From the NCBI GenBank assembly GCA_030141605.1, contig JAQGDQ010000174.1, positions 1 to 64,000 of the forward strand: DNA of 64,000 bases. Reading direction: 5' to 3'. Below the pieces are notes generated by a model. It was not told the DNA's origin, searched no databases, and saw only the letters and a list, made by a program, of their open reading frames with translations. Position 1 is the stretch's first letter. Every line of letters starts with the position of its first letter. Below are positions 23,313 through 36,850 of the stretch, piece by piece. Origin of the DNA: Tubiluchus corallicola (lineage: Eukaryota; Animalia; Priapulida). Both the position numbers and the translations under genes were made by a program.

Positions 23313-25133
23313 ACTTTTACTAAACGTAAAAACGAAGTCATTTACCAAGATTGTTAGGCGAATTAACGAAAGCGTTAATAGCTGCTCTAAATTCTATAAC
23401 TAAATGAGAATATAACATTACACAATATCTAAACGGTAGAATGAAATGGAAACTAAAGTATATTCAAAGAGTCTAGTAATTATTCAGAATTTGTGTGTTT
23501 TAAAACGTTAAATATAAGTATGTAGCAAATATTCTGCCACCAAATCTATACAGGTAATTGTAAAATATAAGAACGCATATGTTGGTCTGCAGCAAGAAAT
23601 TCTTTCTCGCAAAAATAATTTAAGCGCAAACGCTTTGTAACGAGGTACACAATGCAAAGATTACATCGTGTCCAGCAAATTAAACTCATTAGCTGTATAT
23701 TTTCATCAGCAAAACAGAATTTATAATAGACTTTGACGATTATCGCCTTCCGATGCAACTCAGCGCCCGATGGCGTTTATTTGCTCATGAGATTATTAAT
23801 AAAATCAAAATAATCTATACCCACTTGGTAGCATTACAACGTATTATAAATTAGCGGCGATTAGCCCAACAAAACACAGCGATTCCCAAATCGGTTTGTT
23901 CCTTGCCAGTATTTCCCGATGTGGAGTAATTATTTCAATATAGAAGGTCAAAGGATCAGAAAGGGGCCGCCGACCCTCTCTCTCCGGGGGCTGGTATTTA
24001 GTCGCTTATTCACCTCTGTAAAGGGATACTCCTCTGGGTACACTTAACGCTGTTTATCAGGACAAAGAAGTTAGAAACTCGATTATGCCTTCTCTAGGGA
24101 AGCGAGAAACTATTGTCACGGCAGTCACTATGAAATTAAAAATTTAATAGTTTTGAAGAAATAAATGTTGTAGCTGTTACAATCAATTCTCTTGCAAACA
24201 TTTTAGTGACCAGTAGGCTATGCAAAAAAGAAATACGGATAAAAATAACTCAAAAAAGAAATGCTGTTGTTACTTATAGTTAAACTGCCAAGTAAAATGC
24301 TTTTGAAAGACATCCTGTGTCATCTTAGGGAATTACATTGCATTTGTTTGTTTCAGATATTTAATTCCAGACGATGAAACTTGCTGTGCTTTCATTTTTA
24401 CGCCGCAATATTACCACAAATAAAGCAGTCCTGGGCGATTGTATGATTCTATTGTGTAATTCCATTCAGTGAAGGTTTTATACGTGCAGAATGACCCACG
24501 CCAAATGCAATGCATACACTCCCTAACCATCTGGCCTACCCTGTGCACTGCCTCCCTTCCCGGTGTATAATAAATAAGACAAGGGGGAGGAGCCTTGACA
24601 TGAAAAAGTGACAGACTGCTAGTTTGTGAAGCCTGGTATGCCTGCAAGCCCGTCAGCTTCTGCATGAAGCAAACAAGTTAAATTTAATCTGTCTAGAAAG
24701 GATGACGGTAACACGCAGACACGTAGTTTACAGGGAGTTTGAGTTATCTACTGAAAAATGATCGTATGATGATTAAAAATACGGAGAATGCTAGCTTTTA
24801 TAAGCTAAAAACAATATTAGAGTTTTGGACTTGATCAAAATTTCAGCTTGGCCTTGGTTCATTCACTTGGCAAGTTATTCCTTTTTCTAGAAGGAAAAAA
24901 CTCAGACGACTGTAGCCAAATACAAGATTTGTTCAGAACATTTAATGCCGTCTGGTTTGTATAGCTTCTATGTAAGAGTCCCTTGTTTTTTTCCGTAAAC
25001 CAAATTATAGTTCCTAAATGTATAATCAGAATTGTGAAACGAACTAGCTTTTAGTTTAGTTAAGTGATTTATCAAATCTCTATACGTAAACCTCTTTTGG
25101 ATTAATAAGTTTATGATAATAATCTTTAAGATG

Positions 25134-25134
<1 letters not shown>

Positions 25135-25168
<34 letters not shown>
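25135..25168. repeat. (TA)n microsatellite
   Basis: Direct inspection. Confidence 0.9.
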
Positions 25169-25170
<2 letters not shown>

Positions 25171-26846
25171 TTACTTATAAAAGTAACTATATTATAAAAA
25201 GTAACAACTTTTCTTAAAAGCTTTAAGAATAAAATGTTAAAAACATCTTAAAACATTAAAAAGTTTTTACTTTTTATAATACTGTGAGTACTTGAAAAGT
25301 TGACTTAAATTATCTGTACTTACAATGATAACTATCAGTCCCAGAGTTAATGCCAAAGTGAACATCAGAAATGAAGATAAAATTAACTACAATCTCATTT
25401 GTATTAAATTAAATTAAGTTAAATTAAAATGCATGTGGCTAAAATACAGGAAAACAGCAGCATTGTCAAGCAAAAAGGTCAGCGCAAGATAAATTGAAAA
25501 TGTTTGATTTAAATTATGTGACGACGAAATCAGCTACAGATTTTTAATATTATAAAATTGATATTGATATTGGTATTGAATTTATGATATTGATAAAAAT
25601 TGCTTTAGTAACGCTGGATGCGTGTACTAAGATAGATACACTGAGCAAAGTTAAAATGGATATTAAGCACCGTAAGTTTTACTGTTACAATCTGCATTGT
25701 TAGAAAGAAAATAAACTTTTCGATTCCATCTATATGAGTATCTCGCAATATGATAAAAATATCAGGCCACCCAAGCGATTATATCTTATTTGCCTGGTCT
25801 AAGTATTTCCGTAAAGCAGGATTTACGCTTTGAGACGAGATTTATGAATTCATGCATATTATATACATGCACTTAAGTGAATAGCACAAGCTGGGATGTT
25901 TTAATGTGACATTTATCAAATTAGGGATTTGTTGCCATGACGACGCTGAGATTTAAAGTGTGATTAAATCTATAGTATTTTTCTATTTTCTGCGACTGTA
26001 TATTGTAAAATCACGTGATTATGTCTTTGAGCGGACAACATTTCGAAAAATGCGTATTCATAAAATCCTGGAAAAAAGCGAACGAAAAGAATGAGCAAAT
26101 TGATAAACGGTATAAACCTTCTTTATGTGAATGAAAACCAAGAAAACGTTATGCATCATAAATGCTTTTATAGGCCTATGCGTGCCATAATATTTATTAT
26201 CTATAAATCCTTTGAATGTAAAGTTACTGCTACTAAATTTCCATTTTTAATCTATAATTTTCTATGATGGCGAATACGACAACGTCTTTTGTTGTAAGAA
26301 GTTTTAACGTTTAACAATACTGAAGTTGTTTAGTAGAAAAATATTTCAACATAAATTGTTGCCATTATAATTGCCAATATTAGTTATTTATTTATTAAAA
26401 ATTTCGTTTATTAAAAGTTTATTTAAAAATGTCACTACTGGATGTGAAGTGATGTTACTGAAATGGCTAATTTTATTGTTTGGTAAATACGACTCTTAAT
26501 TTTGGAGAAATTTTATTATTTCACTTCATCGAAAAGCCAAAAAAGATTTTGTCTAGAAAGACACGTATATTAGTTTGAAGACAATTACGGTGATATTTTT
26601 ACTATAAGAAAACTGTATTGTAGAAGAAAGAACAAATTTCATATAGTTCATTGTACAAATAGAATAAAAACAGAATTGATTAAAATATGCGAACATTTTA
26701 TTCCTACAAAAAATTTACTGCTTCATAGTTTTTTATAATTAAGAGCAAATTAGCCTTATAAATTTATAAATTTGCCATTTCAATGATATTGAGTTAACCA
26801 CCAAACAGCTAAAGTTTACTACAGTGTAGATTACTGCACTGCTTAA

Positions 26847-27455
26847 AGGAAAACAGGATGATTTTTCATTTACTACCCCATTTTCAAATCCGATAAAAAG
26901 TATACATTTTAAAACAGTTAATACTGCAAAAGCGTTTCTAATAATTAAATAATAGATTAAAATCTTAACTAACGAGCCCCACTATTGATGACATCACAAA
27001 CTAACATATTTTTTAACGACAAAAATATTCCACTAGCGTGTTGCACGTGCTTGCGAACCTGAAAATTGAAGTATACTGTTACTGTAATATATTCAGTGAG
27101 TTGTACTAATACTTGGCAAGTTTTAAGATAAATATTCACATTTCAAATTTACCGCTGTGCTCACGCATGGGCTGTCGAACGTGTGCAGTTCGTCAGAAAC
27201 TAACACACCTGAACTGAGAGGTACAGCGCCTGTTTTTTGCAATGCGTTTTCAAAATGCAGGTGCTACTGTCAGTCTAACTAGCGAAAGGGGGAAATGCGT
27301 GTAACAGAGAAGAATTAGCCGCGCGAACGCGAAATTGCGTTTGTGGTAATAATTCCTTCAAGTAAGGCATTCTGGAAAAAATTGTGTTTTTCCTTTCAAT
27401 ATTTTAAGGAGTAGATTGTTTTGACCTACAGTTTAAAATCGGGTCCGGTTTCCCC
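26847..27455. mobile_element. Kolobok-like non-autonomous DNA transposon, copy 1
   Basis: TTAA on both sides (26843-26846, 27456-27459). Termini AGGAAAACAGGA / TCCGGTTTCCCC are imperfect inverted repeats. Colinear with the copy at 46502-47119. Confidence 0.75.
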
Positions 27456-29314
27456 TTAATGTTAAAAATAACTTTAGAACCTTATCAGAATAAATAAACC
27501 AGTTGATATATGTAAAATACAGTAACAGAAAGTTTAAATAAAGACTTCCCAAGCTCGTTTAAGTGAATACAGGGTGTAAAAAAAAGTTAAACTTTAGAGC
27601 AAAGAAATTTTTTTAAAAGTCCATAATCATGTCTCTGCCCAGTTGCAAGATTAAGAAGAGGATCTATGTTTGCTAAGGCATTTGTTTTTTCTTTTTATTC
27701 GTGTGCAAAGTTACTAATAAATACAGTATCACAAATGATTCTATTTTTTCTAACTTCTAACGTATAGGGTCAAATGGTGCAAACTAAACTGAGTTTAACG
27801 TAACTTGAAATAAAGTTTATAATTCGAACTGAAGACTGCATATACGCATTAAACCTCGAAAATTTTAAACAAAAAAATTTGAATCGAATTCCGTGTTCCT
27901 CCGCATTCTTTTTGTTTAAAGAACACTGCTATGTTTAGTCGACAATTGCGTCATTATTACTCACCACTTACAGACACCTAAATTAATTACCCAAGCATCA
28001 GATCGTCTTTAAGATCATCAGAATTTTCTCCAATAGTGACTAAACACGAGATCATATGGAAAATAATGTTTTGTGTACGGACTCTAATTGGCGCATTATT
28101 TCAGCCTGTCTACAACGTATAATTACGGTTCTTATCTCACTGCCTAAGGTTAATCTTGATCAGATTCTGGCTAGAAGCAAATGATAATAAAACAGTGGGA
28201 CTGCCTACCTTCGAGCCAAATATCCATTGAACTTAATCTAGCGCTTGTACTTCACCAAAACGCACCATATTTATCACAGTTGGTGGCTGAATTGTGTATA
28301 AATTATTCCTTGTGGACTTGGATAGACTAACCATCTGGTATAATATTGAAGACTCGACATCATGATTGAAAGCTTCTGGTTGCGTATTGCTGTTTGAGCA
28401 TTTAAAGCTATCTGCATAGACAAAGCCACGTGAAGTTTGATTTTTAAGTTTTAACTGTAGTTAGAGGAATTTAACAAAAATTACCTTTTAAAATTTCAGT
28501 TCATGTTTAATTACTGGAACTTAGCATAACTCAAGCATTTCTATAAGCTTTATATTATCCTTCTTGAAGCCTAGCAAAAACAACAAATTAAGCTCGCAAT
28601 TACCGTTAAGCTCAGTTGATTTTTTTCACATTTGTCCTCGCTTATTTCCAAACAAATTATAATTTTTTATTATGAATTCATTAACTTTCTTCACTAATCT
28701 TAAAATTCAGAGTAGGACAACTTTTAAATACTAGAGCCTACAACTATTGGTATTAAAAGAATTTCCCATCTTTCATATTGGCGTTGGTACGGTACTTTTT
28801 CTCCTATAGAGTATAAATATACCAGAGGATAACGCTTTGTGAATGTTTTGTGGGAAAACTATAAGATAAACACTCATAAGTTGAGGATTTGTTTATCTTC
28901 CCAGACTACAACGGAACCGCCGCCAGACTACAGTGTGAGTTTAAGCCAGTCAGACTCATGTGCAATCGTACAATAGGTTTTTCTTCGTCAAACATTATTC
29001 GAGGAAAACTAACACGAAGAACAAACTGAACGCAAAGACGCTAATTAGTGATCGATTGAGAAAAATAAACACTGAAGTGTGTCTGTCGTCAGTGGCGCAC
29101 TCCGATTTTCTGGGTACCAAATAGCATAAATATTTTAATAGAGCATTTATTATGTTACGTTATCACAATACGAATAATCATTACAAGGTCAACATTGGTC
29201 GAGAAGCCAAGAGTTATATATAATGCATGTGACCAATGGTACGTGTATAGATGACTTCACAACTATTGAGTAACTTGAGCTTATCTAAATTAAAACTTTT
29301 TTAATATGTAAATG

Positions 29315-29480
29315 CTGTACGATGATGTTACTTACGTTATAAACGAAAGGACTGTACGATGGTATTACTTACGTTATAAATGTAAGCACTGTACGATGAT
29401 ATTACTTACGTTATAAACGTAAGCATAGTACTATGATGTTAGTTATGTTACAAACGTAACTTCGTAAGCACTGTACAATG
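29315..29480. repeat. 37-bp tandem repeat with internal palindrome, about 4.5 copies
   Basis: ctgtacgatgatattacttacgttataaacgtaagca at 29315, 29352, 29389 and 29426. Confidence 0.85.
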
Positions 29481-30519
29481 TTGTCAAGGTCTACCGTTAT
29501 TGTCGGTCATACCGTAAACTCTTTTCAGACAACGAAATTATTTTGTAGTGCACTTACTCGGACCTAATAAATTCCATATTGTTATTTTCTAACTTGTATT
29601 CAGGCACAGTATTGAAAAAGTCACAAAATTTCACCGACGGTCAATACGACCCGTAGAATAAATTCCATTGAGAAGTAACAATAGTTTTATCAATAATACA
29701 GATAAATATGACTCGCAGTGCCTTATAAAATTCTGTCTAATAGATACAATCTCCCATTTATAAAAGGATAAAAATAATCTTTCAAAATAGACGACGACAC
29801 GGCAAACATGATTTTATAATTTTATCAGTTTGTTTCAGCAAGATGTAGCAAGAGTGAAAAACTCAGGGCCGTTTAAAGTCAAGACCTTTGTAATCGTTGC
29901 AAAAAACAGTGACCCAAGTGACCAATTAACTTTGACACCTATTTGACACCTAGCACCTGACACGGAATTATGGGATACAGGTAGAAACAGCTACAACATA
30001 ATGAAAACAAAGTGTGTAGTGCAGATAAATAAATTAACAAAACAATAAAAAAAGATTCAGCAATGAATTAATAGTGGATGAAATAAATAAGTAAACAAGC
30101 AAATAAATAAAAACTAAATATACAGCTTATTTTTTATTCTATTTTAACTCAATATGTGAAATTCGATATAAAACGAAATGGCATAAAATGCCGAAATCAC
30201 AAGTCATAAAACTGAAAAAAAATTTAACTCCAGCGTCAATTTAAGTTTAACTAATCTAATTTATCGTGATACTTTGTAGGCCTCAAATCAAATCTATATG
30301 CAAACTTCTGTTCAGTTCGACACGGTGCAAATCCTCAACAGCAGCGCACCTATTTCGTAGATGTCTGTGGCGGGACAAGCACCTTGTTAATTATTCAAAA
30401 TAGATCTGTGACAAGAGCTTCTGACCCACCAAAGTTTTCTAGCCGATTTCTGTATACATACTCCTTAAACGCGTAGAAGAGGTCGCATCTTCGAGTGCCG
30501 ATTTATTTACCTACTAGTG

Positions 30520-30982
30520 TAGTGGTTCCCAAACTGCGGGTCATACCTTTTTCTGGGGTCACGGAGGGTCCAACTGTACGTACATTCAGCTCGCCGGAAT
30601 GGGGTTGAATTTTTCAGTGTGAATTTCAACTTTATCCCACCGGACTAGGCTACATGTTTGAAAGAGTTTGGTGTTGTATACCCGTCTCCTATAAATAACC
30701 CCACTTAGATTTGCCTTAATAATGTGCATGATTATTCTGAGTTACGATTATGCATGTCAGTATGATTGGAATTGAAGAATTATCAATGACAAAATTTACA
30801 ACCCCTGTAGCCAGAGTCACGTACCCACCAAATTCTGTTGTGATTAATCTTTTAAATTTCAAAATAATGTATCTGCGATATTAACAATTAGTACGTTTTC
30901 TGAAGGTTTATAATGGTGGGAGTCATGGTAGGTTTGGTACCACTGAAAGGGGTCACGTATTGGAAAAAATTGGGATACACTG
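30520..30982. mobile_element. hAT (Charlie-like) MITE
   Basis: Termini TAGTGGTTCCCAA / TTGGGATACACTG; perfect 8-bp TSD TACTAGTG at 30512-30519 and 30983-30990. Confidence 0.85.
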
Positions 30983-32189
30983 TACTAGTGCAAAACACAC
31001 CACACGCTGGCCACATGAAAATAAAAAATGCAAAAAACACTATAAGGTGTTATATTAAAATAATTATCACTAATCATGAGAAGGCTAAAATAAGTTAAGT
31101 CACAAATAATGGCAAAAATTGTGTTTATAATTAATATTATTTACTTGTTTGTTTATCACTACCATTTAACATATTTTTATAGTGTACTGCGAATCAAACG
31201 CGAAATATCAATGCCTTGGTTTTTAAAATACCAAATCTTATACTAAAAAATGTTGGTAGTAAGTATTATATCTGTGATAACTTAAAAATAACAAATTATA
31301 ATTTTGTTTTGGTTTATTAATAATTATGTCAAACACTGCTTTTATTACTATATTAAACAAAGACCAACTTACGCAAAGTGCTCTACTTCCTACCATTATC
31401 TTCTTTATTTACAGGGAACAATTACTACTACAGACCGCACGTGCCTAAACGTGAGCAGAGGGATATGTGAAACCAGACAAAACCACCTGCGCCCCCTCCT
31501 AACTACTGGCATCCCACCGGGGTGTAACAAGGAAGAACCACAGCGGGAAGGGTGTAATAGATGGATTACGAATGTTTAATCATCAAGTGGGTCGACTAAG
31601 AACAAAAGTAACAACGTTCGTAAAGAGTTAAGTCCCTCTTACGTGGGACGAGCTCCAAGGCACTCAAATAATGGTAGGATACACAAAGAAAAACGTTTGG
31701 AGCATTTTTAGGCTACATTGATCTGAGTCCTTAGGGTGGAAAGTGCAGTATAAAGTGTAGGATAAAAGACAAAAAGCGATAACAAACGAATAAAAATATC
31801 ACAATTTCCATAATGAAGGTCTGTCATAAATCTAAAAGACGCATCCCAGTAATACTTTTAAGTTCTTGAAACGAATCTGTAAACGCACCAAAAGTATCAC
31901 GAAACTACGTTTGCTGTTATCGTTTCTGGTTGCCGTTGTTATTGTTGTGGTGGTACCATTGTCAGTTGTGGCCAAAACTAGTCTTGGTACTGGTACTGCA
32001 GCTGCTGCCTGGGTAAAAAGCCAAAAGTCACAAAATAATGACAAATTAAATGCGCAGTGTTGAAAGCTTCGGTGATCTTTTGTTTAATAATTCAGAGCTT
32101 CCTGTGGCCTCATAATTAATAGGTGAAAGGCCTCCTCAAGAACATCCCTGTCACATTGCATTGTGTGAGCCAGACTTATTTGTAATTGA

Positions 32190-32255
32190 ATGTTTATAAG
32201 TTTTTTGTCATGGATGTAACAGGACGTATATTGGGCAAACTGCACGTAGATTGTT
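32190..32255 (+). mobile_element. GIY-YIG fragment, probably Penelope-derived
   Basis: tgtcatggatgtaacaggacgtatattgggcaaactgcacgtagattg reads CHGCNRTYIGQTARRL (CxxC..YIGxT.R.L). Confidence 0.45.
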
Positions 32256-33288
32256 CGGCCAACTTTGACAATTCTTCATTGCGGGTGCTCAGGTTGTGGA
32301 TGGTAAGGAAGTGAGATCATTGCTAATAAGTGTGAGGGGTACCAAGGAACGTCAAAGATGTACATTTTGTCATTGTATCGTTTCAGTTTTTAGCCTTGCA
32401 TGACAAAACATTTTTTAAAGTTTCTTAGTATTTTAGGATAGTTTCCAAAAATATTAATGAAGTAGATTCTTTGCGTTTAATATCACTCACTTCTACAGAC
32501 ACGCACAAAGTTTACATGTTTCACTTGCAATCTGATATCTAGTAACTAGTTCAGTCTACAGCCAAAGAAAATGAGAGAAGCTGAACCATATTAAAATATG
32601 TGCCACCACTATTGGTCTGGCAGCTGGTATTTGGCCATTTGTCTATTTTGCTATATGCTTCAGCGCCTTACTGCCATAATGCCCTGACTAGTCTCATTTA
32701 ATTAGTTGAAAGATGCAACTTTGACCTGTAGATTATACCTTTGATGCAAAAATCACAAAAATTAATTTTGAACCTTGGAAAGATTTTTTAAATTAAAATA
32801 ATATTAATTTTAAGTCTGGGAAGATATTTTAATTAGTAAAATTCAACACTTTCAATGGTACTTTAGGAAGCCTTTAGGACATCCGAAACTGAAATCTTAA
32901 ATTAAAAAAAAACAAAAATATTTATTAGCGTGTCGCTTTCAGACTAAAGAGTTTTCTCTGAGACTTCTCTCTGAGATTAAACTCGCAAGGGTGAGTTTTT
33001 TTATCATTTTACAGATACCGATTTATTGAAGACAAATTGAAAGAAATGTAAAAGTTAACATGGTTTTATGGGTATAAATTGTAAATTGTCGCTTATCTAC
33101 CATTAGATTTGAAGTTATTTTGTGAATTGTTACAACTGGTTTTGTGAAAATTATTTACATTTTTTAAAGAAATTTTGACACAATATAACTTTAATGCAAA
33201 ACATTTGAGATCGCTTCTTATAATGACTGTCTAAATTGAACGAATGAAATTTTCATTTTCTCTAAAACAGTTCAAAACTGGTATAGTC

Positions 33289-33650
33289 ATGGCTGGATTA
33301 CCCTATAGGCTGTGCCTAGGGCCACACAAGCCCGGGGCCCTCAAGCTTTGGTAACATTTGATATAAAATTTCTTTTTCACTATGGTTGTGTTGAAATATG
33401 TGCTTAATTTGATTTGCAATAAATAGTAAAATGGTGGTATGTCTTAATTAATATTTTCATTGACAAACAAAAAATAGCTATTCTAGTTTATTTAAGGAAT
33501 TTGCAATAAGTTCACTTGGCAGTTGGCAGGTATGTAAATATCGCTAAAACGTATCACGAGTAAAAAATATTCAAGACTGGTGCGGGCGAGTCAGAGGGGG
33601 CTCGTAATTTCGTTATCCTAGGGTCCCAAAAGGTCACCACCCGATACTGG
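33289..33650. mobile_element. Degenerate hAT-like MITE
   Basis: GC-rich ends (catggctggattaccctataggc...cctagggcc and cctagggtccc...ccgatactg) resemble the elements at 1699 and 13192. No clear TSD. Confidence 0.35.
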
Positions 33651-34057
33651 ACATGATATAGAAAGTCACTGAATGAAACAGACATTTTAAAATTGTAGCA
33701 GAAATTGTAGTACGAAAAATAGCTTAAACACCACGTACAATCGTACAATATCTATATCATCCGCTCCAGAAACTCGTTTCAGATTCAAACTCATCATGAT
33801 GAAAATGGACGTAAAACGAGATGGATTGCTATCATACGAGCTGTAGCCGCTCACATGAAGCCAGATCAAATGCACAGACTGATTGCTTATGAAGCCAAGT
33901 AGAGTAGGTAATCTTGAGATTATGGTATCAACAGAAACCCGAGACAAACCGCAGAAGATATATTAAACCGTGTCGAGAAAAAATATTTACCTGTTCTTGA
34001 ACATTGACAAAAGCACTGGCAGTGCAACTGATCGTAATAACATTGACATAATGTTAA

Positions 34058-34208
34058 TGAGGATGGCGACGGCAGCGATGTAACGATGATGACGGCGATA
34101 ATGTTGCTGCTGCTAGTGATGATGATAATGATGGTGACGACGAAGACGATGGCGACGATGACGACAACGACGACGATGATGATGATGATGATGATGATGA
34201 CGATGACG
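34058..34208. repeat. Degenerate (GAT/GAC)n microsatellite
   Basis: Direct inspection. Confidence 0.85.
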
Positions 34209-35604
34209 CACAAAACTAGCCAGCATTGTCTGCAACATTGCACTCCTACACTCTACAGATGATTATGAGGTGCTGAAGTATCTTGCTAAGTACAAGATTA
34301 TCGATTTATTGATTAGTAATTCTCTTCTGACTTTATGGCGTCGCACCTGCCCGGAATCTAAATTATTCAGTTCAGTGAATGTTTAATTAATTATGACCGT
34401 ATACAGTGTGTATTCCAGAGTGCAAACTGATCCTGGAATCACTACGAATTCAAGAGTGCTTGCGATAAACTATGGGATTTCTAAATAGTTCAGTGAAACA
34501 GCACAAATACAACACAGCGCTATGCTTACCATCTGTATAAGTCACTTATAGACCAAAACGATTTTAATTGCATCTCCCTATTACTAGCTGCATTTAAAAA
34601 CCAATTAAGTAAGAAGTAGAAACGCAAAATTTTAATTAAATTAATTAAAACAATCAATTATTTGATTTTTAGTGGTTATTTTCATTTTAAATCTATTTTG
34701 TATAATTGTTTAGAATTGTATAGTAAGTTATTAATTTTCTTTATTGCATGGTTTTGGAGGTTACTAGTAAGTGTACACAATTATGTGCATCAGCATCCGG
34801 TATAATAGCTCGTTTACACCGGAATGCTCTAGAAACGGATGTATGATAAAAATGATACTTTTAGGCTGGCACATACGAGAAAGGGCACAAATGAAAAAAC
34901 GGAGCTGTTCTATTTTAATTAAATATAAAACACAGTTAGGGTCAGGGTAGGAGTAGTATTAGAGTTAGGGTAGGGATAATTGCCCGTATTTCATTTTGCA
35001 CTACAGAAATTATTTGTATCAAAATAACATACATGCGTTTTTCCAATTTTCTCATTTGTAACCGTTGTGAATGTGCCATTACAAATAAACCATTATTACC
35101 TGTGCTGTTATTGCCCGTGTCATTATTACCTGGGCCGTTATTACCTGTACAGCTAACTTGTGATATTGTCAGAATAATTCTAATTAAAGTTTCATAAGCA
35201 GTGACTGTCGTAAATGTGTTAGAGAGGTTTTGTTTATAAATACTAAGTATAAAATTTATAAATTTTTGATAAAAATTTTTATTACAAGACATAGCTGATA
35301 ACAGAATTTATTTAAAAGGAAAAGTAATAAAAAATGTTTAAACAGGGATGCTTATACTGCTTGTTCATACAGAAATAACGTTTGGCAGAATCAATTATGT
35401 AGTTTAGAATAGAGAAATAACCGTCTATTGTTTACAAGAGAGAGAAATTTAGACTTAGATTTGCTTGTCACGATGGATATAAAAAACAAAAATGCTTTGC
35501 GAAGCTGATATATATCGACATAATTTTTTGCTCTCATTAACAATGCGCCAAAAATGCGTATAAGTTCATAGCATCTTAAACGGAAAAGAAAACTCTTTTG
35601 CTTA

Positions 35605-36030
35605 ATTACTTACTTACCTACATAATATGCCTACCTACCTGCCCACCTACCTACATACTTACCTACCTACCTACCTACCCACCTACCTACCTACCTACCT
35701 ACCTACCTACCTACCTACCTACCTACCTACCTACCTACCTACCTACCTACCTGCCTACATACATACATACATACATACATACATACATACATACATACAT
35801 ACATACTTACCTACCTACCTACCTACCTACCTACCTACCTACCTACCTACCTACCTACATACATACATACATACATACATACATACATACATACACACAT
35901 ACATACCTACCTGCCTACCTACCTACCTACCTACCTATCTACTTACCTACCTACCTGTCTACCTATCTGCCTGCCTGCCTGCCTGCCTATCTATCTACAT
36001 ATATAATTACCTATTAAAATTTTACCAACC
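35605..36030. repeat. Compound (CCTA)n/(CATA)n tetranucleotide microsatellite
   Basis: Direct inspection; explains the PTYL/HTYI pseudo-ORFs. Confidence 0.97.
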
Positions 36031-36547
36031 TACTTGCTTCCTGCCTCACATCAGAATATGACTCTCGATAGTTTTTCTTTCAAGTTCTGTGAAATCAGTA
36101 ATAACCGTGTCCCACTATTTGTCAACAATAATCATGATCATGTATAGCGTAACGACACACACGCGCACTGAATTATTTTCCGCCTGTAATATTAACCGAA
36201 GTGTGCTCTCCTACTTCACAGTGATATTACGCTAATCTTTTAGGATTACAGCGTAAATCATCACAACATGGGTGCCTGAATTAAGATATTAGGTTAATCG
36301 TGGCGTAAGATAGAGATTAGAATTATTGGCGAAAAGATTTGTTTGATAAAGAGCACGAATTATATAGGAGAAAGTCTTCGGGATCATTTAAATAGATGGA
36401 TGTACCAGTATGAGACTTGGGGTGGGGGGACTGTTGACTGTTGATTTATAATTCTTAAAATCCAATTAGTCTGATTAACTTTCTTTAAAAGGCATACTTA
36501 TACAAAGCACTTAATTGTTTTGGTCCTAGCAACCTCTAACGATAACG

Positions 36548-36850
36548 TTGTAGATTTTTGTGTTCTGATGTGTAAAAAGAAAATCATCTTTAGATATAGA
36601 ATTTGCAAATCAAATCTCTTTACTTCGTTAGGAAATAAATTTTATTCGGAAGCGTCGAGAAATAACCCCCCCCCCTTTTGTACTGGCCTCAATACAGTTC
36701 AAGCTAACTAGGTCAATTAATAGAGAAAGATAGTTTAATTTAGTTTAGTTATACAGTGTTCTCTTTTAGCGAAATAAAGATATTTGATTTGCAAATTTTA
36801 TATCTAAAGAGGATTTTCCTTTACACATCAGAATACAAAAAATCTACAAT
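36548..36850. mobile_element. MITE/foldback with ~90-bp inverted arms
   Basis: ttgtagatttttgtgttctgatgtgtaaa...atttgcaaatcaaat is the reverse complement of atttgatttgcaaat...tttacacatcagaatacaaaaaatctacaa. Confidence 0.75.

Noticed and set aside
33760-34050. Possible degenerate RTE ORF end before the (GAT)n tract; also an endonuclease-like VYA..DE fragment near 47720
   Set aside because: Similarity too faint and frameshifted to support without an alignment.
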